From contig JBEKOM010000004.1 of NCBI GenBank assembly GCA_049521795.1, forward strand, positions 81,261 through 145,260: a stretch of DNA of 64,000 nucleotides. The letters are read 5' to 3'. Below the pieces are notes generated by a model. It saw nothing but the letters and a program-made list of their open reading frames with translations, was not told the DNA's origin and did no database searches. Numbering within the stretch: position 1 is the stretch's first letter; each line of letters starts with the position of its first letter. This stretch comes from Candidatus Bathyarchaeia archaeon (GTDB lineage: Archaea; Thermoproteota; Bathyarchaeia; Bathyarchaeales; Bathycorpusculaceae). Of this stretch, positions 40,379 through 50,200 are shown in pieces. The position numbers and the translations under genes are program-made.

Positions 40379-40570
40379 TTAGGGTTTAGTGCGGGCGGCG
40401 CTTGGCTTCTTTACCCATTCTATTTTAGTAGAGTAGGCTTCACGCAATTGTGGAGAAGTAATGGGTTTCCATTCTTTGGCCACTGCAAGCATTCGACTTT
40501 TGGATTTGCTAGTCTTGTCTTTTCGTTTGGGCTTTTGTTTCCCTCTCGGTTTGTAATGTTCAGGTTTCAT
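40379..40570 (-). CDS. Small basic hypothetical protein
   Basis: Lys-rich ORF filling the segment between GC motifs at 40315 and 40636. Confidence 0.5.
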   Translation of the reverse strand: MKPEHYKPRGKQKPKRKDKTSKSKSRMLAVAKEWKPITSPQLREAYSTKIEWVKKPSAARTKP

Positions 40571-41030
40571 GTTCGATCTCCGCTGGTTCAAGCTTAGATA
40601 TCTAACATATAGGAGTTTTGTAACCTTTTGATTTAGCGCGCTACTAACAAAGGGTTGATACTGGCTATTTCCATGACCGAAAGCAACCTGCGTGTGTCAT
40701 CTATTTTTTGAGCTCTGCGACTAGCAGATGTAGATTGGTTTTCCCTGTGTTCTCGGCTTCATGTGATCGTGCCTTGAGGAAGAGCCTCTTGGCCGCTTTT
40801 GTGTCCAAAACATCTGTTTTTCCTGAGGATGTCAGTTTTAGTTTGCCACCTTAGCGCTCGAATCCGGGACAAGGGAACTGCAGGAAAATGTCCTCATGAT
40901 GCTCTGTTGGTTAATCGGTTTATAAGGAAGTGTGTGCATTATGGGGCAGTAGCGTTCTGTTGTTGACGGACGAGAAGAACACAGCAACGTTGCACGACAC
41001 AATCAATGATGAAAGGGGTGATAGAAAGAA

Positions 41031-41315
41031 ATGGCTGAAGAATCTGCAATTGTTTTCATTGGAAGTAAACCACCAATGGACTATGTTCTAGCAGTTATGA
41101 CAAGACTATCGGCTGGCAATGCTAAGGAAGTAGTTTTGAAGGCAAGAGGACAGGCGATCACTACGGCTGTTGATGTGGCTGAAATAACCAGAAATCGCTT
41201 CCTGAAGGACCTGAAAGTGAGCAAGATAGCTGTAGGAACAGAGGAGATGCCGGCAAGAGAAGGCGAGAACAGGTCACGGATGGTTTCAATAATAGAAATA
41301 ACCCTTGCAAAATAG
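41031..41315 (+). CDS. albA: Alba chromatin/RNA-binding protein
   Basis: [35 protein letters not shown]. Confidence 0.95.
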   Translation: MAEESAIVFIGSKPPMDYVLAVMTRLSAGNAKEVVLKARGQAITTAVDVAEITRNRFLKDLKVSKIAVGTEEMPAREGENRSRMVSIIEITLAK

Positions 41316-41386
41316 CAGGAAACCTTGCGAAACACGCGTGCAATTATAGTGAGAGAATGTTTAGATACGGGTAACGATGAAGAACA

Positions 41387-42637
41387 ATGAAACTTGCTGT
41401 TCTGGTCTGGGAGTATCCACCGAGGATCGTCGGTGGCTTGGGAACCTACTCGGCTGAAATAACTCGCCAGTTTGTTCTCACGGACAATGATGTTACAGTT
41501 TTCACGATGAATGATGATGCAAATGCTTTGCCGACGCGTGAGATTTGGCACGGTATCGAAATCCACAGGCCGCTGCACATTGACATTTCTGACTCGTTGC
41601 CCGATGTTGTTGCAGAAGACCTACGGAAATGGGGTAGTGGGTTACAGTGGTTTTCAAAGATCCTCGTTTATAATTATCTGAGCGCTGCAAAACTCGTGAA
41701 TGAGCTGATAAGAAAAGAACGCATCAAATTCGACCTTGTCGTTGCTCATGACTGGCTTTCAGGTATAGGTGGAATGGCTGTTAAGAAAGAGGCAGGACTT
41801 CCTTTTGCGTTTCACGTTCACTCGACAGAGAAAGGGAGGACGCTTGGAAAGGGCTCGGTTACGGTGAGCAACATTGAACTTCACGTTGCTAGAGCGGCTG
41901 ACCTTATCGTGACAGTTTCTTATGCGATGAAGGATGAGCTGGTGGGCCTAGGTTGTCCAAAAGAAAAGATTCAGGTTGCTTACAACGGGGTCGACCCGAA
42001 GAAGTACGACCCCGCAACAGTGACGTCTGAGCAGATCAAGAAGGTCAGAGAATTGTATGGTATCAAAGACGATGAGTACATGATTCTTTTTATAGGTCGA
42101 CTCGCCGGTATGAAAGGTGTTGATAAACTGATTATGGCTTTGCCGCATGTTTTGCAGAAGAATCCTAAGGCGAAGCTTGTTATCGTTGGTCTTGGCGACT
42201 TGCAGGAATACTTGATGAATCTGGTGAAAGCTACGAAGATGAGTGATTTCGTGAAGTTCAGGTTCGAATTCATTCCCGAGGAAGAACGTATTCTTCATTA
42301 TGCTGCATGTGACGTTGCAGTTTTCCCAAGTTTCTATGAGCCCTTCGGAATAGTCGTTCTGGAGGCAATGAGTATGGAGCGACCAGTTGTCATCGGTGCA
42401 GCCGGCATCAGCGGCATGCGAGAAATAGTCGTGTATTACGGCGAAGACCAGTGCGGTTACCACATAGATCCAAACAACCCGTCCGACATAGCTTGGGGCA
42501 TAAACAGCGTCTTGGAAAACGATGAGAAGAGAAAGTGGCTGGGCAAAAACGGCAGAAAGCGGGTCTTGAACGAGTTCACGTGGGACAAGATAGCTGAAAA
42601 AACATTGGGGCTTTATGAACAGATCATCAAACGCTAA
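41387..42637 (+). CDS. Glycosyltransferase family 4 (glycogen-synthase-like)
   Basis: WEYPPRIVGGLG, HDW, HSTE.GR, PSFYEPFGIV.LEAM. Confidence 0.92.
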   Translation: MKLAVLVWEYPPRIVGGLGTYSAEITRQFVLTDNDVTVFTMNDDANALPTREIWHGIEIHRPLHIDISDSLPDVVAEDLRKWGSGLQWFSKILVYNYLSAAKLVNELIRKERIKFDLVVAHDWLSGIGGMAVKKEAGLPFAFHVHSTEKGRTLGKGSVTVSNIELHVARAADLIVTVSYAMKDELVGLGCPKEKIQVAYNGVDPKKYDPATVTSEQIKKVRELYGIKDDEYMILFIGRLAGMKGVDKLIMALPHVLQKNPKAKLVIVGLGDLQEYLMNLVKATKMSDFVKFRFEFIPEEERILHYAACDVAVFPSFYEPFGIVVLEAMSMERPVVIGAAGISGMREIVVYYGEDQCGYHIDPNNPSDIAWGINSVLENDEKRKWLGKNGRKRVLNEFTWDKIAEKTLGLYEQIIKR

Positions 42638-42642
42638 GCTTG

Positions 42643-42793
42643 ACGCGCTGGCTCGTCGTTAAATTTGCTGATATTTGTTTTTTAAGAGCTTATACGTTTT
42701 GCTTATACACTTTGTATATACACTTAACATGCATCATTGAGAACGGTGAAGCTGCTAGGTCGAATGCGAAACCGTATGGACTGTTCAAGTGCA
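42643..42793 (+). repeat. Conserved ~150-bp noncoding element, copy 2
   Basis: GCTTATAC at 42688 and 42701, GTATATAC at 42714, then GCATCATTGAGAACGGTGAAGCTG...GGACTGTTCAAGTGC. Confidence 0.82.
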
Positions 42794-42881
42794 AACGCAC
42801 GATAGAGGGATAAGGGCAGCGCGGCGGTCCAACGTTTAGCCCGGAGTTTTTCGGTGAATTCGTGACTGTTGTTTGAAGTTT

Positions 42882-43442
42882 TTATTCGTAGAATATGAGG
42901 TCTTGTTCTTCCAAGCTGGCGTGAAGCTTGTGCACTGCGTCATAAACGTCCTGTTCTTTCTTCGCTCCGGTGCAGACAAGGTTTCCGCTTGCGAATATCA
43001 GTATGACCACTTTAGGCTCGTCCATCCTGTAGATCAGTCCTGGAAACTGCTCGGGCTCGTACATGGTTTTTACGAGCTTGCCGACTGCCTGTTCCAAGTC
43101 TACTTTTCCGCCTAGGCTTACGGAGGCAACGATGTTCTGAATCTTCAGCTCCGGTTTGCTGATGATGATTATTCCGCTCTTTTTCAACTCTTTAACAACC
43201 GTCAATACGGCCCTGCGGGCTTCTTTTTCGGATTTTGCTCCTGTGCACACCATTTTTCCAGAGTTGAAGATCAGCGTGGCCGTCTTCGGTCTCTTAAGCC
43301 TGAACACAAGTCCAGGAAACTGTTCTGGACGATATTCTACGCCTGGGTAACTCTTCACGATAGCGTTCAAGTCAATTCTCTGGTTTAACGTGGCAGAAGC
43401 AACGACGTTTTGAATTTTTATTATGGCTTTAGTCTTCGGCAT
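42882..43442 (-). CDS. tbp: TATA-box binding protein, paralog B
   Basis: IQNVVAS, YRPEQFPGLVFR, YEPEQFPGLIYR, LIF.SG..VCTGAK. Confidence 0.95.
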   Translation of the reverse strand: MPKTKAIIKIQNVVASATLNQRIDLNAIVKSYPGVEYRPEQFPGLVFRLKRPKTATLIFNSGKMVCTGAKSEKEARRAVLTVVKELKKSGIIIISKPELKIQNIVASVSLGGKVDLEQAVGKLVKTMYEPEQFPGLIYRMDEPKVVILIFASGNLVCTGAKKEQDVYDAVHKLHASLEEQDLIFYE

Positions 43443-44139
43443 TAAAAACCACTTCTTCTTTTTTAATGGTGCGCGCGCATTCGATGATGCTCAAGCTTCC
43501 GGTTCTTCCCAGTCGCAGTTGCCTTTCGCCGCTGAACCAGGTTACTTTGCCGTTTTTGATGTCAACTACGTCGCCCTTGTGCACCATGCTGATCTGTTGG
43601 TTCCATAAACTCATTTTCATCGACCCAGTTTCGTCTTCGATAACTGCGTTTGATATAGAAGCAGTCGTTCCATATCTCGTGTAGACGATTTTAGATTCTG
43701 GAATCTCAAGCACTTCTACTTTGAGGCTGACTTTTTTCATTCCGACTTTCAAGTCACCAATCTTCGAGGTTACACCCTCCAAATTCTTGAATGAGGAACT
43801 TCTGGCCAAAATTGCTTCCGTGATGCTTCCGAGCTGATTCTCTCCTTGCAAGATGGCAATCGATATCGGAAATTGAGCTATAACCTTCCGCGAACGCTTC
43901 GGACCTTTGCTAAAAAGAAAGATCGCTGAATTCTTCGTCCTCTTACGACACTTTATAGCCAACTGCGCACATTCTGACCCGTCGTGATTCCAAGCTTCGA
44001 CAATACGAGCGAAGAATTCACTCGAATCAACCTTATGCAGCAATCCGATTCTGGCAAGGCTCTCCAGAATCCTTCCATCCTTGTACGAAGGCCTGCTGCT
44101 AAGAGGCCTGCCTCTACCTCTCCAAATCTGCTTAGCCAT
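43429..44139 (-). CDS. OB-fold (SSB/RPA-like) protein with an unknown N-terminal domain
   Basis: C-terminal KIGDLK.GM..V, VYTRYG, DETG...LW, GDVV.I.NG.V..F.GE.QL; overlaps the tbp start. Confidence 0.8.
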   Translation of the reverse strand: MAKQIWRGRGRPLSSRPSYKDGRILESLARIGLLHKVDSSEFFARIVEAWNHDGSECAQLAIKCRKRTKNSAIFLFSKGPKRSRKVIAQFPISIAILQGENQLGSITEAILARSSSFKNLEGVTSKIGDLKVGMKKVSLKVEVLEIPESKIVYTRYGTTASISNAVIEDETGSMKMSLWNQQISMVHKGDVVDIKNGKVTWFSGERQLRLGRTGSLSIIECARTIKKEEVVFNAED

Positions 44140-44430
44140 CTAACTTGTTTCCACTCTTGTTTTTTTCACTCGACAAATCCATCGCTAAAACAATAGATCT
44201 GCAATGTGCATCTCAATACTGTCAATACCACTTATATAGCTTAGCTGCTGGGCGTAACATTTTATGGTTATCGAAGTCGCCTGAGGTACGCTCTAGCGTT
44301 TGGCGCGTTCTAGCTGAGCAGTTCGATCCTTGCGCCCATTGCTTGTCCAAGCGCGCCTTCGTGGAATTTGGCTGTGACAACGCGCGCTAGATAAATCATA
44401 CAATATTATCCCCTGCAGGGGGATCGAAAG

Positions 44431-46074
44431 CTATGCTTCTAAGCTGGAAAGGAGTTTCTTTATGCCTCGCATGCAATAGTAGCGCGCCGACACAAGAAGC
44501 AATGTTCCAACTGCCGCTGTCAAGACAATCGTCAACAAGGCCGACCCGGTTGGGCCGCCTCCAAACATGGTCAAGAACCCCGTGCCTTCGTACAGTATCA
44601 GAGGAGTTAGAGTCGCCACGGTTGCCAAGCCGCCTAATGCGAAGGCCATTATGAATCCTGTGAACGTGAGGTATCTTGCTCTTGGTCCCACGTTGAAGCT
44701 GGGATATCGTGAGCCTGTTCCGAGTCCCACATATCCTTGCACTATCATGTTGAAGATTGCGGCAATCAACGTGGCCAGGAATATGCCCGCGGCAACAGGA
44801 GCCAGGAACTGCAGAAGTGAGGCGAGGGCCAAGATTGCAGCGCCTGAAAGAACCCATGGGAGAAAGAGTTTTCCAAGGACCAGTTCGTCAGCTGAGATGG
44901 GAAGCATGTAGATGTTGGCGATGGAGGTTCCTTCCTGTCCTATGCTGATGGAAGAGAGCATCATGGGCAGAATGAGGGATACTTCAGCGAGTAGCACCAA
45001 GCTTATGCCCGACACGCCGGCAGTCCTTGAGTTCGCGCCACTTGTCAACACTGGGAGCAAGGAGGACACTACGAGCAACACGGGTATGGCGAGGAATCTT
45101 GCCATTTCTCTTCGTCTTGCAAGAGACCTTAACTCTTTCGAGGCTATGGCAAACGCCACTGGGTTTAGCCACAGGAATGATTTGCCTTGAGGAATGTAAG
45201 TTGTTGAAGTGGACACGGTGATGGTGACGGGTACGGGTGACCAGTACTTGGCTCTTAGTTGAGTTGCGGCTTCGAAGATCAGGAAGGTGAATAAGAAGGA
45301 AAGCAGGGCAAAAACGGTTGCTCTTATTGCATCCGAAGTTAGGAAGGAAACGACGGCGGCCGAGGGCCAGATAAAGGGCACGAACCAGGCCAAGTTGACG
45401 CCCTGGACGATGCCTGAAAGGGCGATGTAAAGGATGTATGGGTTAAAGGCTATCTGCAACGCGACGAGCAGAACGATTACTAAAAGGATGCGGAGGATGA
45501 TGCCTAGTCTTCCGCTCTTCTTGTAAAGCGTTGTGGAGATGCGGTTCATCACGGACCTCAACACTTCCACTATAACTGCTCCCCAAACGTAGGCGACGAT
45601 GGAGACCAAGATGAGGAACGGAACGACCGAGAGCATGCCGATGTTCAGGGCAAGCGGTATGGTGACGCCTAGACCGATGAACAGGAGAGGCGAGTAGGTG
45701 AACAGGACCGAAACGCTTGACGCCACGACGTATTCTCCCGGAGACACTGGAAGCCAATTCACCGCTTCGCTTGAAGCAAGACCGCTGCCCTGCCCGAGTT
45801 CAAACAGTATTCCAGCCAAGGTGACGGCCGAAGTGAGAATGACCGGGAGCACGATGAGGGACTGAACTGAAAGCGTATGAAGCGAACTCGTGAATTCAGA
45901 CGGGACCTGAGGGAGAGCATACAGGAGCAGCGCGAACGGAGCGGCAAAGAGAGCTATGTCTATGGATAACAGAACTGCGGGGTTTGAGAGGCGGCTTCTG
46001 CGTCCAAAGCGGCTCGCTCTGAAGTAGGATTTGAAGAGAACACTTGCGAGGCTGACGACCGTTGACCGGTTCAA
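44431..46074 (-). CDS. ABC-2 type exporter permease
   Basis: About 12-14 TM helices, LPVS and KELR..R, EG....LPI motifs; follows the ATPase. Confidence 0.85.
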   Translation of the reverse strand: MNRSTVVSLASVLFKSYFRASRFGRRSRLSNPAVLLSIDIALFAAPFALLLYALPQVPSEFTSSLHTLSVQSLIVLPVILTSAVTLAGILFELGQGSGLASSEAVNWLPVSPGEYVVASSVSVLFTYSPLLFIGLGVTIPLALNIGMLSVVPFLILVSIVAYVWGAVIVEVLRSVMNRISTTLYKKSGRLGIILRILLVIVLLVALQIAFNPYILYIALSGIVQGVNLAWFVPFIWPSAAVVSFLTSDAIRATVFALLSFLFTFLIFEAATQLRAKYWSPVPVTITVSTSTTYIPQGKSFLWLNPVAFAIASKELRSLARRREMARFLAIPVLLVVSSLLPVLTSGANSRTAGVSGISLVLLAEVSLILPMMLSSISIGQEGTSIANIYMLPISADELVLGKLFLPWVLSGAAILALASLLQFLAPVAAGIFLATLIAAIFNMIVQGYVGLGTGSRYPSFNVGPRARYLTFTGFIMAFALGGLATVATLTPLILYEGTGFLTMFGGGPTGSALLTIVLTAAVGTLLLVSARYYCMRGIKKLLSSLEA

Positions 46075-46835
46075 AGCTTCAGTGCCTCAACGATCTTCTC
46101 AGTGTCTTCGCTTCCGGTTAGCTTCAGGAAAGTGTCTTCCAACGTGGAGCCAGGCATACCAGCCTTTGACCTCAGTTCCTGCACCGTGCCCTCGGCGATA
46201 ACGCTTCCCTCGTTCATGATAGTGATCGTGTTGCACATGGCCTCTGCAATTTCAAGAACGTGCGTGCTGAAGAGAATTGAGACGCCTTCGCCGGCTAGGC
46301 GCTGAAGGATGTCCTTAACGATCCTGGCTGACCTCGGGTCTAAACCGTTCAAAGCTTCATCCATTATGAGCACGCGTGGACGGTGAAGAAGAGCCGCTGT
46401 GATCGCTATTTTCTGTTTCATTCCTTGGGAGAAGCCGCTCATGACGTCGTTGACTTGATTGCTCATCTGTAGCGCGTTGAGTAGCTCGTCAACCTTCTCT
46501 CGCCTGGTCTTCAGGTCGATGCCGTACGCTGTGCCTACGAAGTCTAAGTATTCTGAAGCCGTCAGGTATTCATAGAGATATGGCGATTCTGGAACGTAGC
46601 CTACGAGTCTTTTCGCTTCGATGGGTTGCCGGAGCACGTCTATGCCGCAGAGGCTGATCTTGCCTTGATCAGGCTTGACTATGCTCATGACCATCTTCAT
46701 CGTCGTGCTCTTCCCCGACCCGTTGGGGCCTAGAAGGCCGTGAACTTTGCCGGGCAGCACGTTCAGCGTCAGGCCTTTTACGGCAACGTTGTCGCCGAAG
46801 GATTTCGTAACTGATTCTAGCATTATTCCGTCCAT
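46071..46835 (-). CDS. ABC transporter ATP-binding protein
   Basis: GPNGSGKST, FSQGMKQK, MDE..NGLDP, STH. Confidence 0.93.
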   Translation of the reverse strand: MDGIMLESVTKSFGDNVAVKGLTLNVLPGKVHGLLGPNGSGKSTTMKMVMSIVKPDQGKISLCGIDVLRQPIEAKRLVGYVPESPYLYEYLTASEYLDFVGTAYGIDLKTRREKVDELLNALQMSNQVNDVMSGFSQGMKQKIAITAALLHRPRVLIMDEALNGLDPRSARIVKDILQRLAGEGVSILFSTHVLEIAEAMCNTITIMNEGSVIAEGTVQELRSKAGMPGSTLEDTFLKLTGSEDTEKIVEALKL

Positions 46836-46896
46836 AGGCGGTCTTAGACCCTCATCATCACGGCGGTATATATCCACTTCGTCCTCTTTCGCTACA

Positions 46897-47063
46897 GCGC
46901 GCGAGCTTATCGCGAAAATTTTGCAGAAATTTGAAATTGAAAGCACATACAAAAAGCATATACATTTTGCATATACAGTGTATATACACGGCTTGCGAGC
47001 ATGATTGAGAACTGTGATGCTGTTCAGGTCGGATGCTGAGCTACGTGGCTGTTCAAGTGCGCA
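46897..47063 (+). repeat. Conserved ~150-bp noncoding element, copy 3
   Basis: GCACATAC 46943, GCATATAC 46956 and 46969, GTATATAC 46980, then GAGCATGATTGAGAACTGTGATGCTG...CTGTTCAAGTGCGC. Confidence 0.85.
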
Positions 47064-47071
47064 CGCATATC

Positions 47072-47815
47072 TCAGCGATCGTGGTCACGTCTCTTCGTTC
47101 GTCTTCTTGTCAGGATAAGCGCTAGGGTTGATGGAATCCATATTAGAAATAGCAAGATTGAAGTTTCTGACACTGAGGTCGGACCGGTGATGACTGCAGG
47201 GTCTCCGTCTGCAGGATACGTGCCACTGAGCGTCTCCACGGACGTTCCGTAGCCGGCCAAGTAGTAGGGCGGCGCGACGTACAGGTTCGAGGGGTTCTCT
47301 TGCTCGGCAACGAACACTATTTGCGTGAAAGTTGACTGCATCGCAATCGTGAAGTTCACCTTGCACATGAGGGCTTTCGATGTGACGGTAACGGGATACT
47401 TGAGGGAGTTGCTTGGAGAGTGTGAGCAGGTCATCACGATCAGCAGGTCTCCCACGTCGGTTGTGTTGCCCACGTTGTTTGACACTTCTGTTAGTGGTGT
47501 GGCGCCGCTGCCGACTGCTTGCTGGAACACGTTGTCGTCTGGAAACCATGCTTCGTCATAGTGGATTAAAGTGCTGTTGTAGGTCAGGCGTATCTGCCAT
47601 GTGATGAGGTCTGTGACGTTACCTACGCAGAAATCCACTGTGAAGACGCTGTTTACCGGAGAGTCGGTAATGTTGAAAGTGTTGTTTTCTGTTAGATAGT
47701 TGATCATGTACACGCTGACCGACTCTTGCGCCTGTCCTTTTGCGGAAGGGAGTGCAAGGGGCAAGAAGCCGATGCACACTAGTATAAGGAAAACTGAGAT
47801 GCGCCGTTCAATCAT
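47072..47815 (-). CDS. Secreted cohesin-like domain protein with C-terminal anchor
   Basis: Signal peptide, FTV..V.NVTDL..WQ..L.YN...I, TM helix + RRR tail. Confidence 0.7.
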   Translation of the reverse strand: MIERRISVFLILVCIGFLPLALPSAKGQAQESVSVYMINYLTENNTFNITDSPVNSVFTVDFCVGNVTDLITWQIRLTYNSTLIHYDEAWFPDDNVFQQAVGSGATPLTEVSNNVGNTTDVGDLLIVMTCSHSPSNSLKYPVTVTSKALMCKVNFTIAMQSTFTQIVFVAEQENPSNLYVAPPYYLAGYGTSVETLSGTYPADGDPAVITGPTSVSETSILLFLIWIPSTLALILTRRRTKRRDHDR

Positions 47816-47986
47816 TCAAGCACCAGCTGCGACAGCCAATTCTGCGAATGAGGAAGAACAGGTCTGCCGCTGAGACTTCAAACAGAACGCTCGAAAACAT
47901 AGCACTGTGTTCTGTGTGGTTGCCAGCGAGAGGAAAAAGAGGGGCTCTTACGGTTTTATTCATTCAGTGACCTTCAGCCGGCAGAG

Positions 47987-48799
47987 TCACGTTGCCATCA
48001 TTTCAAGGCTTATCTCTGAAAAATCGTATCGTAATCCGAGAAGTGTGTCATTCTCATGCTGTAGTTGCAGCGTGCCCCAGGATCCGCCCCACTGTACTGT
48101 GGAGTTGCCTGTTTGAGTGCCAGCTTCCGTGGTGAGCTGATAGAAGAGGTTGATGTTGAGGTTCAGGTTGTACGTTATGTTGACGGGGTCCGTTCCATCT
48201 GGCAGGATGCTCTTGATTTGGCTACTGTTCATCTGCCAGGTCCAGGGACCGTACAGCAGTGGGCCGATGTTCCAGTAGCCCGTAGCCTTCACTTGGAGTG
48301 GGTAGTCGAGCATTGGGGGGCCAATAGTCGGCAAGGGGCTACCGTGCGACTCGTAGAAGCTGAATGTGTAGTTAGCAACTTCGAGTGTACCTAGATCCAC
48401 GATGCTCTCGCCTGCGACACTAGCGGGTATTCCCCAGTCAAATGCGTACTCTATCGTGGCTAACCAAGGCCCTGGGAAACCGTTTCCACCACCGTAACCA
48501 GGCTCGGGCAGGAAGTGGATCTCTTCTATGTCTGTTGAGTTCAGTTCACCCGCAAGAGTTGGGCAACTCCCCTCCCAAGTTGTTCCGTTGAGCAACGTCA
48601 CGTTCAGTATGTATGATTGCATGTACACTGTTAAACCCTTAGAGTTTGACTGGCCGGAACTCATTGCAAACGCGATTGTTTTGAAGTGGAGACCGTTTGG
48701 AACTGTGTAGTAAATTGTTGCGGCGAAGAGAGAAACGGCAATTATCCCGGTGACCATTAATCTTGCTGCCTTTTTCTTTGATAGGCTCAACGATTTCAC
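47987..48799 (-). CDS. Hypothetical secreted/membrane protein
   Basis: N-terminal TM/signal, many N-x-S/T sequons. Confidence 0.7.
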   Translation of the reverse strand: MKSLSLSKKKAARLMVTGIIAVSLFAATIYYTVPNGLHFKTIAFAMSSGQSNSKGLTVYMQSYILNVTLLNGTTWEGSCPTLAGELNSTDIEEIHFLPEPGYGGGNGFPGPWLATIEYAFDWGIPASVAGESIVDLGTLEVANYTFSFYESHGSPLPTIGPPMLDYPLQVKATGYWNIGPLLYGPWTWQMNSSQIKSILPDGTDPVNITYNLNLNINLFYQLTTEAGTQTGNSTVQWGGSWGTLQLQHENDTLLGLRYDFSEISLEMMAT

Positions 48800-48923
48800 C
48801 GCTTAACTACGTGGAACATGCTTTCACTTAATCCTTCATTCTTGTACAAGCGTACAATTCTGTTGTACATCGATAACCAGAAATAATGTTCAAGGGTTAA
48901 CTCTTACTGAGCTGACCGAGGAC

Positions 48924-49340
48924 GTGAGAGACGAAAATGACGTCTTAACCGGCAACACTGCTAAGGTCTACAGGTACGCCATAAAACAGAGAAAACCAGT
49001 CGGAGTCAGAGAGGTTCAAAGAGCACTTAAGCTGAGCAGCCCTACGTTGGCGGCCTACCACCTGGACAAACTGGAAGAAGCAGGGCTACTGAAGCAGACC
49101 TCAGACGGGTACATCGTGGAAAAACTGGTGCTCGAAAACTTCGTGAGACTCCGCCAGCTCCTTCTGCCCAAGTACCTCTTTTATTTCGCAGTTTTTGCCT
49201 CAGCCGTACTGTTCCAAACAACCCTCTTCAGGCCATCTCAACTCACGAGGGAGTACCTGTTTTCCACGTCGATGCTGGCCTTGGCCGCCGCATACTTTGC
49301 CTACGAAACAATAATGACCATCCTGAAAAAGAGAATATGA
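48924..49340 (+). CDS. Winged-HTH regulator with two C-terminal TM helices
   Basis: GVREVQRAL.LSSP..A.YHL.KL...GL; hydrophobic C-terminus. Confidence 0.82.
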   Translation: MRDENDVLTGNTAKVYRYAIKQRKPVGVREVQRALKLSSPTLAAYHLDKLEEAGLLKQTSDGYIVEKLVLENFVRLRQLLLPKYLFYFAVFASAVLFQTTLFRPSQLTREYLFSTSMLALAAAYFAYETIMTILKKRI

Positions 49341-49603
49341 GCGAAGATCACACCTTCCGTTCGGGAGCACTCCGAGCTCGCGCTCACCTGGAAGACCCTC
49401 TACTTAGTATGCCCGACGTTCATTATGTGCAAGCTGACAGAAGAACTAAGGAGACTAGTGCCGGGAAGAAACCTGTAGCCAGATCCAAACCTGAGCGTGC
49501 GCTGACAGATTTTGGTAAGATTCAGATATAATCTTGAAAAATCTTTTAAAATATGTGTTGGTAACCGAATGGTCAGCGATTGTAAGTTTCGGGCGGAGCG
49601 TTC

Positions 49604-50056
49604 ATGAATCCTGAGATAGGCGTGGAAGGTCAGCTTGTTGAAAACGTGCTGAAGAAACTTGAAAGCGAATTTTCTGAAAGAATCTCCCCAATGAGCACTG
49701 TTGACAGAGTCTCTGCAGTTGGCGTGTTGAACCAAACAAGCGTTGAAGAGGAACGGCAAAGCATAAGAAAGGATATTATGAAAGCGTTGCTGGTCTCCAA
49801 CCAAACGCAGAGAATATATTTTGTCGTCAGGTCAGTGATGATGACTATTCTGGGCGCGATAATAACACTAGCTATATTTTGGCGGCTGGGAACAATAAAC
49901 GTCATTGAAGACTTTGTTCTAGGCATTTCCACATACGCCATTTGCCTTGTGTTATCAAGATTATTCGATAAAAGAATAGTCAATATATCCAAAAAGATAA
50001 TTGTGTATCTAGGAGGACACACCAAGTTAAGAGATTTCATCGTGAGAAATTTCTAA
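49604..50056 (+). CDS. Hypothetical membrane protein
   Basis: 150-aa ORF with two TM helices. Confidence 0.65.
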   Translation: MNPEIGVEGQLVENVLKKLESEFSERISPMSTVDRVSAVGVLNQTSVEEERQSIRKDIMKALLVSNQTQRIYFVVRSVMMTILGAIITLAIFWRLGTINVIEDFVLGISTYAICLVLSRLFDKRIVNISKKIIVYLGGHTKLRDFIVRNF

Positions 50057-50200
50057 TAAAGCAACTTAGCAGGTCAGAGACTAACCTTAACTCAAGAACG
50101 ATCGTTGCCAGCTGGCTATTCATTCGATTCTTTTTGGTTTTCGGGTTGATTTTTGGGGCAAGCGACCACGCATGTTTGAACAGGAAAAAAGGGGGAGGCA

